From NCBI GenBank assembly GCA_963845145.1, contig CAWJQU010000002.1, positions 64,001 to 128,000 on the forward strand: a stretch of DNA of 64,000 nt, written 5' to 3'. Position 1 is the first letter of the stretch; every line of letters begins with the position of its first letter. The translations under genes and the position numbers were made by a program. The notes under the pieces were generated by a model. It did no database searches. It saw only the letters and a list, made by a program, of their open reading frames with translations, and was not told the origin of the DNA. Origin of the DNA: an uncultured delta proteobacterium (GTDB taxonomy: Bacteria > Desulfobacterota > Desulfobacteria > Desulfobacterales > QNYZ01). This document shows, piece after piece, positions 19,148 to 29,097 of this stretch.

Positions 19148-20365
19148 TCAAAAAAGTTTACTAATAAAAGCGCCAACAACAATCCTAATTCGTCGCAGTT
19201 TGTTTCCAAGCAAGTTTTTTGTGTTCGTATCCCCTTCACCGGCAGCTTTTAAATGATAATGGCAAAAATGGGACCCATACAGCCGCACCCACCACATGAG
19301 ATGGCGAGGGTGGGTCACCAAGCGACATCGCAGTCGCTGAATTCGACCGGAAATACCGTAATAGATGTCAAACCACCATGGGGGCGGGAAAAGGGTTTCG
19401 CGCAATATCTGGAACAGGTGCTTATTTTTACACTCCGATAATCGATTTTTTGGCCAGCCATCAAAGGTGCGGCCGACCCCCTTGGGAGGTCGCCCCGGTT
19501 TTAGCGCAAGTTTTTCCAACACTTTCGGGTGCCAGGGGGTCAAATGGTGAAACTGGGAGAGTACAGTGAACAATCTGGGTTCTTTCGAACAGAGCCTTTG
19601 CCAGTCTATTTGGTCTGTTTTCGCTTCAACCAGACCGATGATATCCGCCACCGCCATCAGCCGAAAAGGCTCATAGATAATCGGCATGGTGAAACCGTGT
19701 TGATATAGATGCAAAAGCATCTCTTCATAGCCAAAGGCCCGGGCGGAAAACCCATCTAAATCAAAGGAGATCGCCGATTGGGCCAATGAGTCAAATAATG
19801 GATGACGGTAATACGGTGGAATATCCGGATAGAGACCGTGGTGGATTTCAACGCATACGGATAGACCGTCAAGGGGCCGTTCAAGGGGGGGCAGATGATA
19901 ATGATCGGGTGGAAAGGGTTTTGTGGATGCACGGTACCCAATTGTCTTTAAAATTCCCTGCGCAAGATGCGCATCCTTTTCCGGAACCAAAACATCGATA
20001 TCGCGCATGGGGCGCAGGCCGATCTCTGGGTATACGAGATGGCCTATAGCCGCACCTTTCAATACGAGAACGTCAACCCCCTCTTTCTCAAAAAGCGACA
20101 ACACCTCTTTCAGGGCCGCCATGCGAATCCGGTTCGCCCGACGGTGACGAACCCTTAAAAGATTTAAGGCCCGTCTAAAGTGATCCGGAATTGATGCACC
20201 AACGGCGTCTAAGTGACGATAAAGCAAGGGGCCCATCCCGTGGTGTTCGGCCTGATATAGTAATTTGTCCCAGGCATGAAAACCCGCGGCCTCCTGAAAC
20301 AACAATTCAGCCCGACTAGGATGGGACCTGACACAGGCAGCGAGTTGTAGAATGCGATAGATCAT
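19148..20365 (-). CDS. Nucleotidyltransferase family protein (NTP_transf_5-like)
   Basis: LVLKGAA...LRPMRDIDVLV...VEIHH. Confidence 0.85.
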   Translation of the reverse strand: MIYRILQLAACVRSHPSRAELLFQEAAGFHAWDKLLYQAEHHGMGPLLYRHLDAVGASIPDHFRRALNLLRVRHRRANRIRMAALKEVLSLFEKEGVDVLVLKGAAIGHLVYPEIGLRPMRDIDVLVPEKDAHLAQGILKTIGYRASTKPFPPDHYHLPPLERPLDGLSVCVEIHHGLYPDIPPYYRHPLFDSLAQSAISFDLDGFSARAFGYEEMLLHLYQHGFTMPIIYEPFRLMAVADIIGLVEAKTDQIDWQRLCSKEPRLFTVLSQFHHLTPWHPKVLEKLALKPGRPPKGVGRTFDGWPKNRLSECKNKHLFQILRETLFPPPWWFDIYYGISGRIQRLRCRLVTHPRHLMWWVRLYGSHFCHYHLKAAGEGDTNTKNLLGNKLRRIRIVVGAFISKLF

Positions 20366-20402
20366 GAGGTTAGAGGGATTTTATGCATAATTATGTGGAT
20401 AA

Positions 20403-21237
20403 TCATGAGGATGATAAGATCGACTGGATCGCTTCCGGCATGCCGTCAAAGCCGCCATAGGTGAGTGCATACGCCTTAGCCTTCCGCGCCAGATCGGCCA
20501 TGGCACGAAACCCGTGATCTTTCAGTTTCCGCGCGTTGACATGACAACCCATAAGTTTCATCGCGCATTGTGCGCCGGTCAGTTTTTGCAATGTCAACGC
20601 CTCGCCCGGTTTAAATTTTGGAAAAAGAATAACAGAAGGAAACGGCGTTTGGGGGAGATAGTTGGGATTTAATAACCGGTGAGGAATCATCATGCCGGCG
20701 CTTCCTTCCAGGGTTTTTTCGCGGTTAATTTTGATCCGTTCTAACAAAGGCGTTTAGCGCGGGACGTTTTAAACTAATGGGGCGTGTAAAAGGATGGATC
20801 TGAAACGGCTCGCTTGAGATGGAGACGAGTTCATCGGTTAGATAATTAAACCCATGACAGGTTAACAAGGCCGCCGTTGTGCTCTTTCCCGCTCCGCTTT
20901 GCCCTGGAATCAAAATGCCTTTCCCTTCGAAGGAGAGTGCGGCGGCATGCAGCATATGCCTCTGTCTGTTTTCCCGGATTAATTCATAGATGGCTTCATT
21001 TATTAAGCTGTCGGCCAGGGCATGAAGGGAATCTCCGCTGTAGCACCGGCGATTCCCGGAGTACAAAGCCATCCCTTTATCCCCCTCGGTGATGCGAATC
21101 TCTATAGTCGTCTTAGGCACAACACGATTTTTATTGGTAAGATCGCAAAACAACAAATTGATCAGATTTTCAGCATCAACATGGTCGTAACCGATGGCGA
21201 GAAATTGTCCGGCAAAGCTGACAATTTGTGTTTTCAT
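20403..21237 (-). pseudogene. HprK-related kinase split by a single-base frameshift near 20748
   Basis: N-half has LHAAAL, GQSGAGKST, LTDE; C-half continues in another frame; total 835 nt = 278 codons + 1 nt. Confidence 0.75.
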
Positions 21238-21238
21238 C

Positions 21239-21526
21239 TCATCGTTTCTGCAGCGACATGGCACCGTTTTCCACCAGGGTCTGAATGGCTGCGATCACAT
21301 CAGAACCAATTTGTTTTTCCTGTTGTGGGTAAGCCTGCGCCAACAGCCCGATAATATCTTCAACGGTTCGGCGACCATCGCACACTTCCCAGATCAAAGC
21401 AGCTGTCTCATTGAGATAGACCGCTTTCGTTCCCGAAAGACTGTATAGCAGAATCTCGTTATCAATTTTTTCAAGATGATAATCGGCGTTTAACACCGGA
21501 GTCTCTTTTTCGATCATTGGTATCAT
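21239..21526 (-). CDS. PqqD family protein (RiPP recognition element)
   Basis: YLNETAALIWEVCDGRRTVEDII..L...YP...DV...L.ENG; start placed at ATG 21526 behind GAGG. Confidence 0.88.
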   Translation of the reverse strand: MIPMIEKETPVLNADYHLEKIDNEILLYSLSGTKAVYLNETAALIWEVCDGRRTVEDIIGLLAQAYPQQEKQIGSDVIAAIQTLVENGAMSLQKR

Positions 21527-21556
21527 CCCTAGCCTCGACACTTTACCTATATAAAT

Positions 21557-21593
21557 AAAACAGCCGGGCGCTCACGCTCCCGGCTGTTTTTTT
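21557..21593 (-). terminator. Intrinsic terminator after etfA
   Basis: CAGCCGGG...CCCGGCTG stem with A/T runs on both sides. Confidence 0.8.
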
Positions 21594-21613
21594 GATACGA
21601 TTTTGCTTAAAAA

Positions 21614-22585
21614 TTACAGTTCTTCAATCGCCTCCGCCAACTCCGGGATAAAGTCGAGAATATCGGCCTCAATCCCCACATCGGCGACCTGGAATATCGG
21701 AGCCTTGGGATTTTTGTTGACGGCCACGATAAACGGATTACCCTTGATACCGCCCAGATGTTGAAAAGAGCCACTGATACCCATGGCCATGTAAACCTTA
21801 GGCTTTACCGTCTGTCCCGAAGTGCCCACCTGTCTGGATTTTTCCATCCATTTGGCGTCCACGATAGGCCGGGAGCAGGAGACATCGGCCCCCATGGCCT
21901 TGGCCAGGTCAAAAGCGATCTCGAGATTATCCTCATCTTCAATTCCCCGGCCGATGGAAACGAGCACTTCGGATTTGGTGATATCCACGTCACCCACCTC
22001 GGCTTCCACGATCTCTACAAAGGTCCTGGTGGAAGTCAGATCCCCAATATCGCCGCTCTTGTCAACCACATCACCGGAAGCCGTTTGGGCATCGTCCGCC
22101 TGGAATACGCCGGGACGGATATTCAGGACCGCACCGGAGGCGATATCCGCCGCAACGTGGGTGCTCGCCTGACCGCCATACTCCTGCCGAACAACCGTCA
22201 TTTCGCTACCGTTAAACCCTTCGATACCGACCACATCAGCAAGAAAAGCGGCGTTAAGCTTGACGGCCAACCCGGGGGATAAGTCCATTCCAAAGGTATC
22301 ATGGGGAACCAGTATCATGGCGTTTTCTGGTAACAGCGAAACCAGCGCTTGGCGAATGATTTCCGCATTGGGATAAGCATAAGCGCCGTTATCTATTTTC
22401 CAAACCGTTTGGTAACGTTTTGCGGCCTCGTCGCAAACACTATTCAGGCCTTCCCCGGACCCGACCACAATGGCGATCACCGCCGCGTCGGAATTGATTT
22501 TAGCGGCAGCTACAGGCAACTCCATGGCCGAATCGTCGGCCACCCCATTTTTATGTGCAATATAAGCAAATATTTGATCGGTCAT
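21614..22585 (-). CDS. etfA: Electron transfer flavoprotein alpha subunit
   Basis: VSIGRG, SRP, QVGTSGQTV, GISGSFQH, VNKNPKAPIF. Confidence 0.95.
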   Translation of the reverse strand: MTDQIFAYIAHKNGVADDSAMELPVAAAKINSDAAVIAIVVGSGEGLNSVCDEAAKRYQTVWKIDNGAYAYPNAEIIRQALVSLLPENAMILVPHDTFGMDLSPGLAVKLNAAFLADVVGIEGFNGSEMTVVRQEYGGQASTHVAADIASGAVLNIRPGVFQADDAQTASGDVVDKSGDIGDLTSTRTFVEIVEAEVGDVDITKSEVLVSIGRGIEDEDNLEIAFDLAKAMGADVSCSRPIVDAKWMEKSRQVGTSGQTVKPKVYMAMGISGSFQHLGGIKGNPFIVAVNKNPKAPIFQVADVGIEADILDFIPELAEAIEEL

Positions 22586-23376
22586 TATTTTAATCCTCCA
22601 TTGGCTTTGAGCAGTTCAATCAATTTGGCGATGACTTCTTCGGTGTCACCTTCCAGCATCTCAGCGCCCTCGCCTAATTCAGGCACAAAATAATCGAGCC
22701 GCTTGACTTTGGCTCCCGCCAGTCCGACCGCAGCCGATTCCAAGCCAAGATCGGCCATGCCATGAGTGGGAATATCCAAGGAGGCAACTTTGCGAATACC
22801 GCGAATACCGACATACCGTGGCTCATTAATGCCGGTTTGAATCGACAGAACACAGGGTAGCGCCATTTCGTTGATTTCGATATTTCCGCCTTCAATCTCC
22901 CGTCCCGCTTTTATTTTGCTGTCATCCACAATTTCGATCTGATTAACCAGGGATGCATAGGGAACCTCCAACAGCGCGGCCAGCATACCCCCCACTTCAC
23001 CGGATCCGGCTTCAGACTGGGCACCGGTCAAAATCAGGTCGTAATTACCTTTGGCAATCGCCGCTTTTAAAATTTTGGCGATTCCCAGGCCATCGGAACC
23101 TTCAAAGCCATCATCCGCCAACAGAATCCCTTTATCCGCGCCCATTGCCATTTCTCGGCGCAGCACTTCTTCGGCCTCTTCGTCCCCCACGGTAATAACC
23201 GTCACACTGCCACCAACCCGGTCACGAATCTGAATGGCCTCTTCTACCGCATAATTATCCCATTCGTTGACCGAATAGACCAAATCATCCCGATCGATAT
23301 CGGTCCCATCCGAATTGACTTCGATCTCGTTTTCGGCTGTGTCCGGCACGCGGGTCACACAAACTAAAATCTCCAT
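22585..23376 (-). CDS. etfB: Electron transfer flavoprotein beta subunit
   Basis: VCVTRVPD, NEWDNYAVEEA, AMGAD, NEPRY; AAGGAGG RBS. Confidence 0.95.
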   Translation of the reverse strand: MEILVCVTRVPDTAENEIEVNSDGTDIDRDDLVYSVNEWDNYAVEEAIQIRDRVGGSVTVITVGDEEAEEVLRREMAMGADKGILLADDGFEGSDGLGIAKILKAAIAKGNYDLILTGAQSEAGSGEVGGMLAALLEVPYASLVNQIEIVDDSKIKAGREIEGGNIEINEMALPCVLSIQTGINEPRYVGIRGIRKVASLDIPTHGMADLGLESAAVGLAGAKVKRLDYFVPELGEGAEMLEGDTEEVIAKLIELLKANGGLK

Positions 23377-23454
23377 TTTCACCTCCTTGAATGATTAAAC
23401 AACGTATATCAAAAACGCATACATGAAGCGGTTCGCGACCGCCTCAATAAGATA

Positions 23455-25533
23455 TTAAATCTGTTGATCCACCAGTTCTACCAGGTCCAGCGCTTCAATC
23501 TTCCCTTCCATTCCGCTAACCTTGATGGCATCTTCAATATTAACCAGGCAAAAAGGACAAGCCGTCACAATGACGTTGGCTCCGGCCTCAGCGGCCATCT
23601 GAACCCTCAGCACACCCATACGCTGTTCCTCTTCGGGCTCATAAAAAAGCATCAGCCCACCGCCACCACAGCAAAACGAGCGATCCCGGCTTTTCTCCAT
23701 GTCTATACGTTTAAGACCAGGCACGGCATCGAGAACGGCCCGGGGGTCATCATAGAGTTCGTTATGCCGCCCAAGGTAACAAGGGTCATGATAGGTATAG
23801 ATTTTATCAACGTTCGAACCGTTGTTTGAAAGGGGTTTCAGACTCAACATGCCGTTTTTTATATTTTGTAATATCACCTGGCTGACATGTTCAACCGGCG
23901 GCAGCCCCTCATAGTCGTGGGTTAAGGCATTAAAGGCATGGGGATCGGCAGTGACGATACGGCTAACCCCACTATTGAGGATGGCTTCGGTGTTTTGATC
24001 TTTTAATTCGAGAAATAGCATCTCCTCGCCAAAACGGCGCACTTCATTACCGCTATCTTTCTCTTTTTTGCCTAAAATACCGAAATCAACTCCCGCGGCA
24101 GTCAAAACCCTGGCCGTGGCCTGGGCAATAGCCTGCATCCGGTCGTCGAGGGAGGTGATGCTGTCGACAAAATAAAGGGTGTCGGCCGTCTGCTTTTTAT
24201 CCAGCACCTTAACCTGGCAATCGGCAGCGAAAGCCTTGTCCTTTATCCAGTCGATGCGCTTTTTCTCCATCTTACCCCAGGGATTCCCACGTTTTTCAAG
24301 GGCGCTGAGCGGTTTTTGCAGGGATTGGGGCACCAGGCCTTCATCAACCATCCCTCGCCGCAAATCCACGATTTTATCAATATATTCGATAAGCAGGGGA
24401 CACTCCGCCTCGCAGGCGCCGCAGGTGGTGCAAGACCAGATTTCATCCTCGCTGAAGATGTTCCCGATCAGTGCCTCATCACTCGGATGCATATCACCTC
24501 GAAGGGGATAATGCTTAAAAGCGAAATCCCGCGACTTCACAGAAATAAACCGGGGCGACAGTGGTCGCGCCACGGCATTGGCCGGGCACTGGTCCGAGCA
24601 GCGCCCGCAATCGGCGCATGAGTAAAAATCGAGCATATGCTTCCAGGTAAAATCTTCAAATTTTTTAACCCCGAAAGAATCCAGGTCATCCAGTTCCGAT
24701 TCCTTCACACCCCACTTCACCGGTTTGATGGTGCCATTATTCAGTTTTCTGAAAAAGACATTCGGCAGGGAGGTGATCACATGGAAATGTTTTCCGTTGG
24801 GTAAAAAACATAGGAAAAAGAAAAAGGCCAGCTCATGGATAAGATAACTGCCCAGATGGATGGTTTGCAATACAGACAAGGCTGTCCCCTCAAACGCCTG
24901 AGCGGTCATCCAGTGGCCCGTCAGCGGGAAAAGAAATTCAGCCCCATGGCCTGCTTGAGCCTGAGCCGCATCCCAACTGCCCTCAAAGGCCATGTCACAA
25001 ATCATCAAGGTAGCAATGATTACCAGAACAAAAACGGCCTCCCGGGAATGATCCCGCCCGTACTTTTCAGGGACGGCGTAGCGGGCGGGTTTAATGATTC
25101 CCCGTCGAATCATGGCAATAATGACAGCCACTAAAACACCGGTCGCCGCAATGTCTTTCAGGACATTATAGACGGCACCCAGGGCCCCGTTGAAGCCGGG
25201 GAGCACAAAACCCGAGGAGACACCCATCAAGACTAGGGTGACAGAACGTAAAGAGAGTATGATAAAACCGGCAAAGATAATGATGTGCAGCACGCCGGCC
25301 AGCATGTATCGGGGCTGGCGCCATTGGGCCAGAGCATATTTGACCATGCCGAACAAACGTTCAAATAGGCGATCGCCACGAGGGTCCGACGCAGCTCGGA
25401 CCAAAGGAGCCATCCGTTTGGCCATTATGAAGGTAAAAATGGCAACTGCCACAACAGGAATCAAGAGGCCGAAGAGCGCCCCCGGAATACCGAAAATGGA
25501 AACGTCGGCCGGTGCAATAAGTCCCGAATTCAT
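23455..25533 (-). CDS. Membrane FeS oxidoreductase (FadF/EMO-like ETF:menaquinone oxidoreductase)
   Basis: N-terminal TM domain with His residues, two CxxCxxCxxxCP motifs, CCG domain (HDPCYLGR, CCGGGG, TACPFC). Confidence 0.85.
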   Translation of the reverse strand: MNSGLIAPADVSIFGIPGALFGLLIPVVAVAIFTFIMAKRMAPLVRAASDPRGDRLFERLFGMVKYALAQWRQPRYMLAGVLHIIIFAGFIILSLRSVTLVLMGVSSGFVLPGFNGALGAVYNVLKDIAATGVLVAVIIAMIRRGIIKPARYAVPEKYGRDHSREAVFVLVIIATLMICDMAFEGSWDAAQAQAGHGAEFLFPLTGHWMTAQAFEGTALSVLQTIHLGSYLIHELAFFFFLCFLPNGKHFHVITSLPNVFFRKLNNGTIKPVKWGVKESELDDLDSFGVKKFEDFTWKHMLDFYSCADCGRCSDQCPANAVARPLSPRFISVKSRDFAFKHYPLRGDMHPSDEALIGNIFSEDEIWSCTTCGACEAECPLLIEYIDKIVDLRRGMVDEGLVPQSLQKPLSALEKRGNPWGKMEKKRIDWIKDKAFAADCQVKVLDKKQTADTLYFVDSITSLDDRMQAIAQATARVLTAAGVDFGILGKKEKDSGNEVRRFGEEMLFLELKDQNTEAILNSGVSRIVTADPHAFNALTHDYEGLPPVEHVSQVILQNIKNGMLSLKPLSNNGSNVDKIYTYHDPCYLGRHNELYDDPRAVLDAVPGLKRIDMEKSRDRSFCCGGGGLMLFYEPEEEQRMGVLRVQMAAEAGANVIVTACPFCLVNIEDAIKVSGMEGKIEALDLVELVDQQI

Positions 25534-25708
25534 TCAATTCCTTTCTTCAATGGTTACTTCATGGTTACCTCAAGGCCCCGAAACACCAATGAAATTAAAT
25601 AAATTTATAAATTTTATACTTTGTTAGCGAGGGTTGGGTCCGGAGAAGTTACTGAATGATACCCATAAAGGTATTGGTCAGATTCCCGTGAGTACTTTCA
25701 CCCAATCG

Positions 25709-25748
25709 AAGCGGCCGAAATCATCGTTTTTTTATATTTCGGCCGCTT
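25709..25748. other. 13-bp intergenic stem-loop without a clear U-tract
   Basis: AAGCGGCCGAAAT (25709-25721) / ATTTCGGCCGCTT (25736-25748). Confidence 0.6.
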
Positions 25749-25813
25749 TGGGGACACGCTATTTTTCTGCGAGTCTTTAGCAAAGATTGGCTTATTGGGC
25801 AAGAGGCTGCGGC

Positions 25814-27622
25814 TTAAAAGCTATCTTCCGATATGGTCACTACGGCATCGTTTCCGGTTAATATCGTTTCCATTTTGCCATGGGTGAGGGGGAGCATGTT
25901 GTGGATAAAAAATTCGGCGGATTTAAGCTGGCCCTCGAAATAGGCCCGGTCCTTTTTCTTGGCCCCTTTATCAAGCCTTTCAATCGCCAGGGTTGCCCGC
26001 CATAACAACATCCAGGCCATGACCACATCACCGGTCACATCCATAAACGGGTTGGCATAAGCGAAAGCCGATGCGGCCTCAGGACTCATGGCTTTGGCAC
26101 CAATGTGCATGCCGACTTCCCCCAGTTTATTGACAACGGCGTCTAATTTATCTGCCAAATTTTTAAGTGAATCATATGCTCTGGCCTTTTTAATGATACC
26201 CTGGATTTTTCCTAAGAGATCCATGACCGGTTTGCCTTGATTCATCCCGAGTTTGCGGCCCAACAGATCCATGGCCTGGATACCGTTAGTCCCCTCGTAA
26301 ATCATGGTGATGCGAACGTCCCGCAACAGTTGTTCCTGGGGATATTCTTTAATGTACCCATATCCGCCAAATACCTGGACGCCAAGGCTGCATACCTCAA
26401 AGGAACGATCGGTCACATAGCCTTTGCAAATCGGGATCAATAAATCGATCATCCCCTGGTAGGTTTCATGCTCACTCGCGTCTTCAGCCACGCTCTTTAA
26501 ATCCTCAAGATAACCGACATAATAGAGCAGGCTGCGCATCCCCTCGACATAGACCTTCATGGTCATCAGCATTCGCCGGATATTAGGGTGTTGAATGATG
26601 GGTACGGAGGGCGCATTTTTATCCATCATCTGCAATAAATTTCGCCCCTGAATGCGCTCCCGGGCATAATTCAAGGCGTTCATATAGGAATTAGTGGCGC
26701 AGGAAAACCCTTGTAAGCCTACCAATAACCGGGCCGCATTCATCATCACAAACATGTTGCGCATGCCTTTGTTTTCCCCGCCCAGCAAAATGCCTCGACA
26801 GTTTCCCTTACCGCCCAGTGTCAGCGAGCAGGTGGCATTCCCGTGGATTCCCATTTTCTTTTCGACACCCGTGCAAACCACATCGTTAAATTCACCCAAA
26901 GTGCCATCGTCATTAACCCGGTATTTAGGCACCAAAAACAGGGAAATCCCTTTGGTTCCGGCGGGTGCACCCTCGATGCGGGCCAGTACGGGATGAATAA
27001 TATTTTCAGTCAGATCATGATCACCGGAGGAGATGAATATTTTATTTCCGGTGATGGAATAGGTCCCGTCGTCGTTTTTCACAGCTGATGTGGTCAGCGC
27101 CCCAACGTCAGACCCGGCCTGGGATTCCGTCAACAACATGGTGCCGGTCCACTCACCCGTATACATCTTCTTTAAAAACAATTCCTTTTGCGCTTCCGTT
27201 CCAAAAGCCTCTACCAGTAACCCGGCCCCATGGGTGAGTCCCGCATACATCATGAAGGCGAAGTTCCCGCCAATCAGGTAATCACCGGCAGCCAGTGAGA
27301 GAGAGGCCGGCATCCCCTGACCGCCCCACTCGGGATCTTCGCTCATGGCGATCCATTCCCCCTCCTTGATTAAATCCCAGGCGCGGTGAAATTCTTTAGG
27401 TACGGTCACATTACCTTGGTCGAAAGTGACGCCCTCTTCATCACCGATCTTCTGGGTGGGAAGAATCTCTTTGACGGCCAGGTTCCGCGCCTCACTCACA
27501 ATCAAATCAATGGTTTTTCGGTTGAAATCAGCAAACCGGGTATGGTCGGCCAAAGCCGCTACATTCAATTGATCATGTAAAACAAAGTCGATGTCCTTAC
27601 GGTCCGCGATTACTTGTGCCAT
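25814..27622 (-). CDS. Acyl-CoA dehydrogenase
   Basis: GTMLLTESQAGSD, GNKIFIS, KMGIHG, QVFGGYG, IYEGTNGIQ. Confidence 0.95.
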   Translation of the reverse strand: MAQVIADRKDIDFVLHDQLNVAALADHTRFADFNRKTIDLIVSEARNLAVKEILPTQKIGDEEGVTFDQGNVTVPKEFHRAWDLIKEGEWIAMSEDPEWGGQGMPASLSLAAGDYLIGGNFAFMMYAGLTHGAGLLVEAFGTEAQKELFLKKMYTGEWTGTMLLTESQAGSDVGALTTSAVKNDDGTYSITGNKIFISSGDHDLTENIIHPVLARIEGAPAGTKGISLFLVPKYRVNDDGTLGEFNDVVCTGVEKKMGIHGNATCSLTLGGKGNCRGILLGGENKGMRNMFVMMNAARLLVGLQGFSCATNSYMNALNYARERIQGRNLLQMMDKNAPSVPIIQHPNIRRMLMTMKVYVEGMRSLLYYVGYLEDLKSVAEDASEHETYQGMIDLLIPICKGYVTDRSFEVCSLGVQVFGGYGYIKEYPQEQLLRDVRITMIYEGTNGIQAMDLLGRKLGMNQGKPVMDLLGKIQGIIKKARAYDSLKNLADKLDAVVNKLGEVGMHIGAKAMSPEAASAFAYANPFMDVTGDVVMAWMLLWRATLAIERLDKGAKKKDRAYFEGQLKSAEFFIHNMLPLTHGKMETILTGNDAVVTISEDSF

Positions 27623-27682
27623 GGTCAGTGATCTCCATTTTTTTATTAAATAAAAAAATTAGTTAATTACAATAAGTACTTA

Positions 27683-28294
27683 TTATTGTTGTTCATTAGA
27701 ACAAGAACCGATACCTTTAAGTACGAGATCGGCAAGCGGTTCCGTCATGGTGGTCAGATCGTAGCTACCGTCAGACATCAACCAGGTACTGATCACTTCT
27801 TCCACGGCGCCTAAAAAAAACCGCTTGACCAATCCCATATACAGGTCCTTGCGCATGACACCTTCCCGCTGGCCCTGTTCGATGATTTCAGCCAAAAGAT
27901 CAAAATAGATTTTGGCCATTTCCCGAATCTGATCATCCACCAGCCGGCTATACCGACGGGTTTCAGCCTGGTAGACAATGGCCATGTCTTTATCGGCCTG
28001 AAAAGCCTGAAGATGATAACGGATCAGACTGGTGAGTTTGTCAACTGCTGAATCCGCCCGGTCCACCTCTTTACGAAAACGGGCGAAGACCTCCCGCATT
28101 TTATAATGAAAAAACTGAACGAGGATATCGTCTTTATTCTTAAAATAAAGATAGATGGTACCGTCGGCGACACCGGCCATGCCGGCAATATCGGAAATGG
28201 TTGCCTGGTGGAATCCGTGCCGGGCAAATATTTTTCCGGCCGCATTTAGAATGCGCCGATATTTATCATTGGACCGCTTGGTGTTATTGGCCAT
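27683..28294 (-). CDS. TetR-family regulator (FadR/YsiA-like)
   Basis: IAGMAGVADGTIYLYFKNKDDIL HTH; heads a fatty-acid oxidation cluster. Confidence 0.9.
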   Translation of the reverse strand: MANNTKRSNDKYRRILNAAGKIFARHGFHQATISDIAGMAGVADGTIYLYFKNKDDILVQFFHYKMREVFARFRKEVDRADSAVDKLTSLIRYHLQAFQADKDMAIVYQAETRRYSRLVDDQIREMAKIYFDLLAEIIEQGQREGVMRKDLYMGLVKRFFLGAVEEVISTWLMSDGSYDLTTMTEPLADLVLKGIGSCSNEQQ

Positions 28295-28327
28295 TGCCTG
28301 TACTTTTATCGGTTAGAGACAATAAAA

Positions 28328-28494
28328 TATGAATTTGTATTCATAACCTAACATAGGCCGTAAAAGCCGTCAAGAAAAAATACTGTCAGGCCGATTTTGA
28401 CAATATTTTAATAATATTTTAGTTATTTGTGATTAATTTTCGTTTCCTTTGAATATAAATTCGGATTGACGATAAGCAATGAATTGATATTCAC
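28328..28494. promoter_or_regulatory. Three TGAAT-N4-ATTCA/G operator-like palindromes plus putative minus-strand promoter
   Basis: Boxes at 28328-28345, 28450-28463, 28479-28494; minus-strand TTGACG (28368-28373)-17 bp-TAGGTT (28345-28350). Confidence 0.6.
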
Positions 28495-28584
28495 TTGACA
28501 TTCGATAGTGGAGATTGGATGATCTTACGATCTTTGGGACACTTACCTTACAACCACCCATATAATTATAAAAGAAGAGGCACT

Positions 28585-29091
28585 ATGCCGGAAAAAAAAC
28601 GATGTCATTTTTGTGGGCACCGTCTGATCCAACGACACTATGAAGGGCGCACCCGTCTTTTTTGTGAAGCCTGTCGCCAGCCGATATACGAAAATCCTGT
28701 GCCTGCGACCTGCCTTGTCGTTCGGGATGAAACCGGCAGGCTCCTTTTGGTCAAACGGGCCGTTGAGCCCCAAAAAGGCGGATGGTGTCTACCCGGCGGG
28801 TATATGGAAATGGACGAAGAACCCGACGCCTCGGCGCTTCGTGAATTGAATGAAGAAACCGGTTTAACCGGCCGAATTGAAAGGCTATTGGGGGTTATGA
28901 AAGGCCAGAGTGATATCTATGGATCGCTGTTGATGGTCGGCTATCTGGTTACCTCTTTTGAGGGTCACTTGATCGCCGGCGACGATGCCGAGGCTACCGT
29001 ATTTTATGAACCCGATAACATGCCGCCCGTGGTATTTAGAACCCACCGGCGATTTATCGCCATGGCGCAAAAAGGGTTTTCAAAGGGGTGA
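28585..29091 (+). CDS. Nudix hydrolase with N-terminal zinc ribbon
   Basis: CHFCG..CEAC; LPGG..E..E.P..SALRELNEETGL Nudix box. Confidence 0.9.
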   Translation: MPEKKRCHFCGHRLIQRHYEGRTRLFCEACRQPIYENPVPATCLVVRDETGRLLLVKRAVEPQKGGWCLPGGYMEMDEEPDASALRELNEETGLTGRIERLLGVMKGQSDIYGSLLMVGYLVTSFEGHLIAGDDAEATVFYEPDNMPPVVFRTHRRFIAMAQKGFSKG

Positions 29092-29097
29092 TGCGTA

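Noticed and set aside
28328..28494. TGAAT-N4-ATTCA boxes read as ArgR ARG boxes
   Set aside because: They match the consensus but are not in the closely spaced tandem arrangement and flank a fatty-acid TetR gene; TetR operators are more parsimonious
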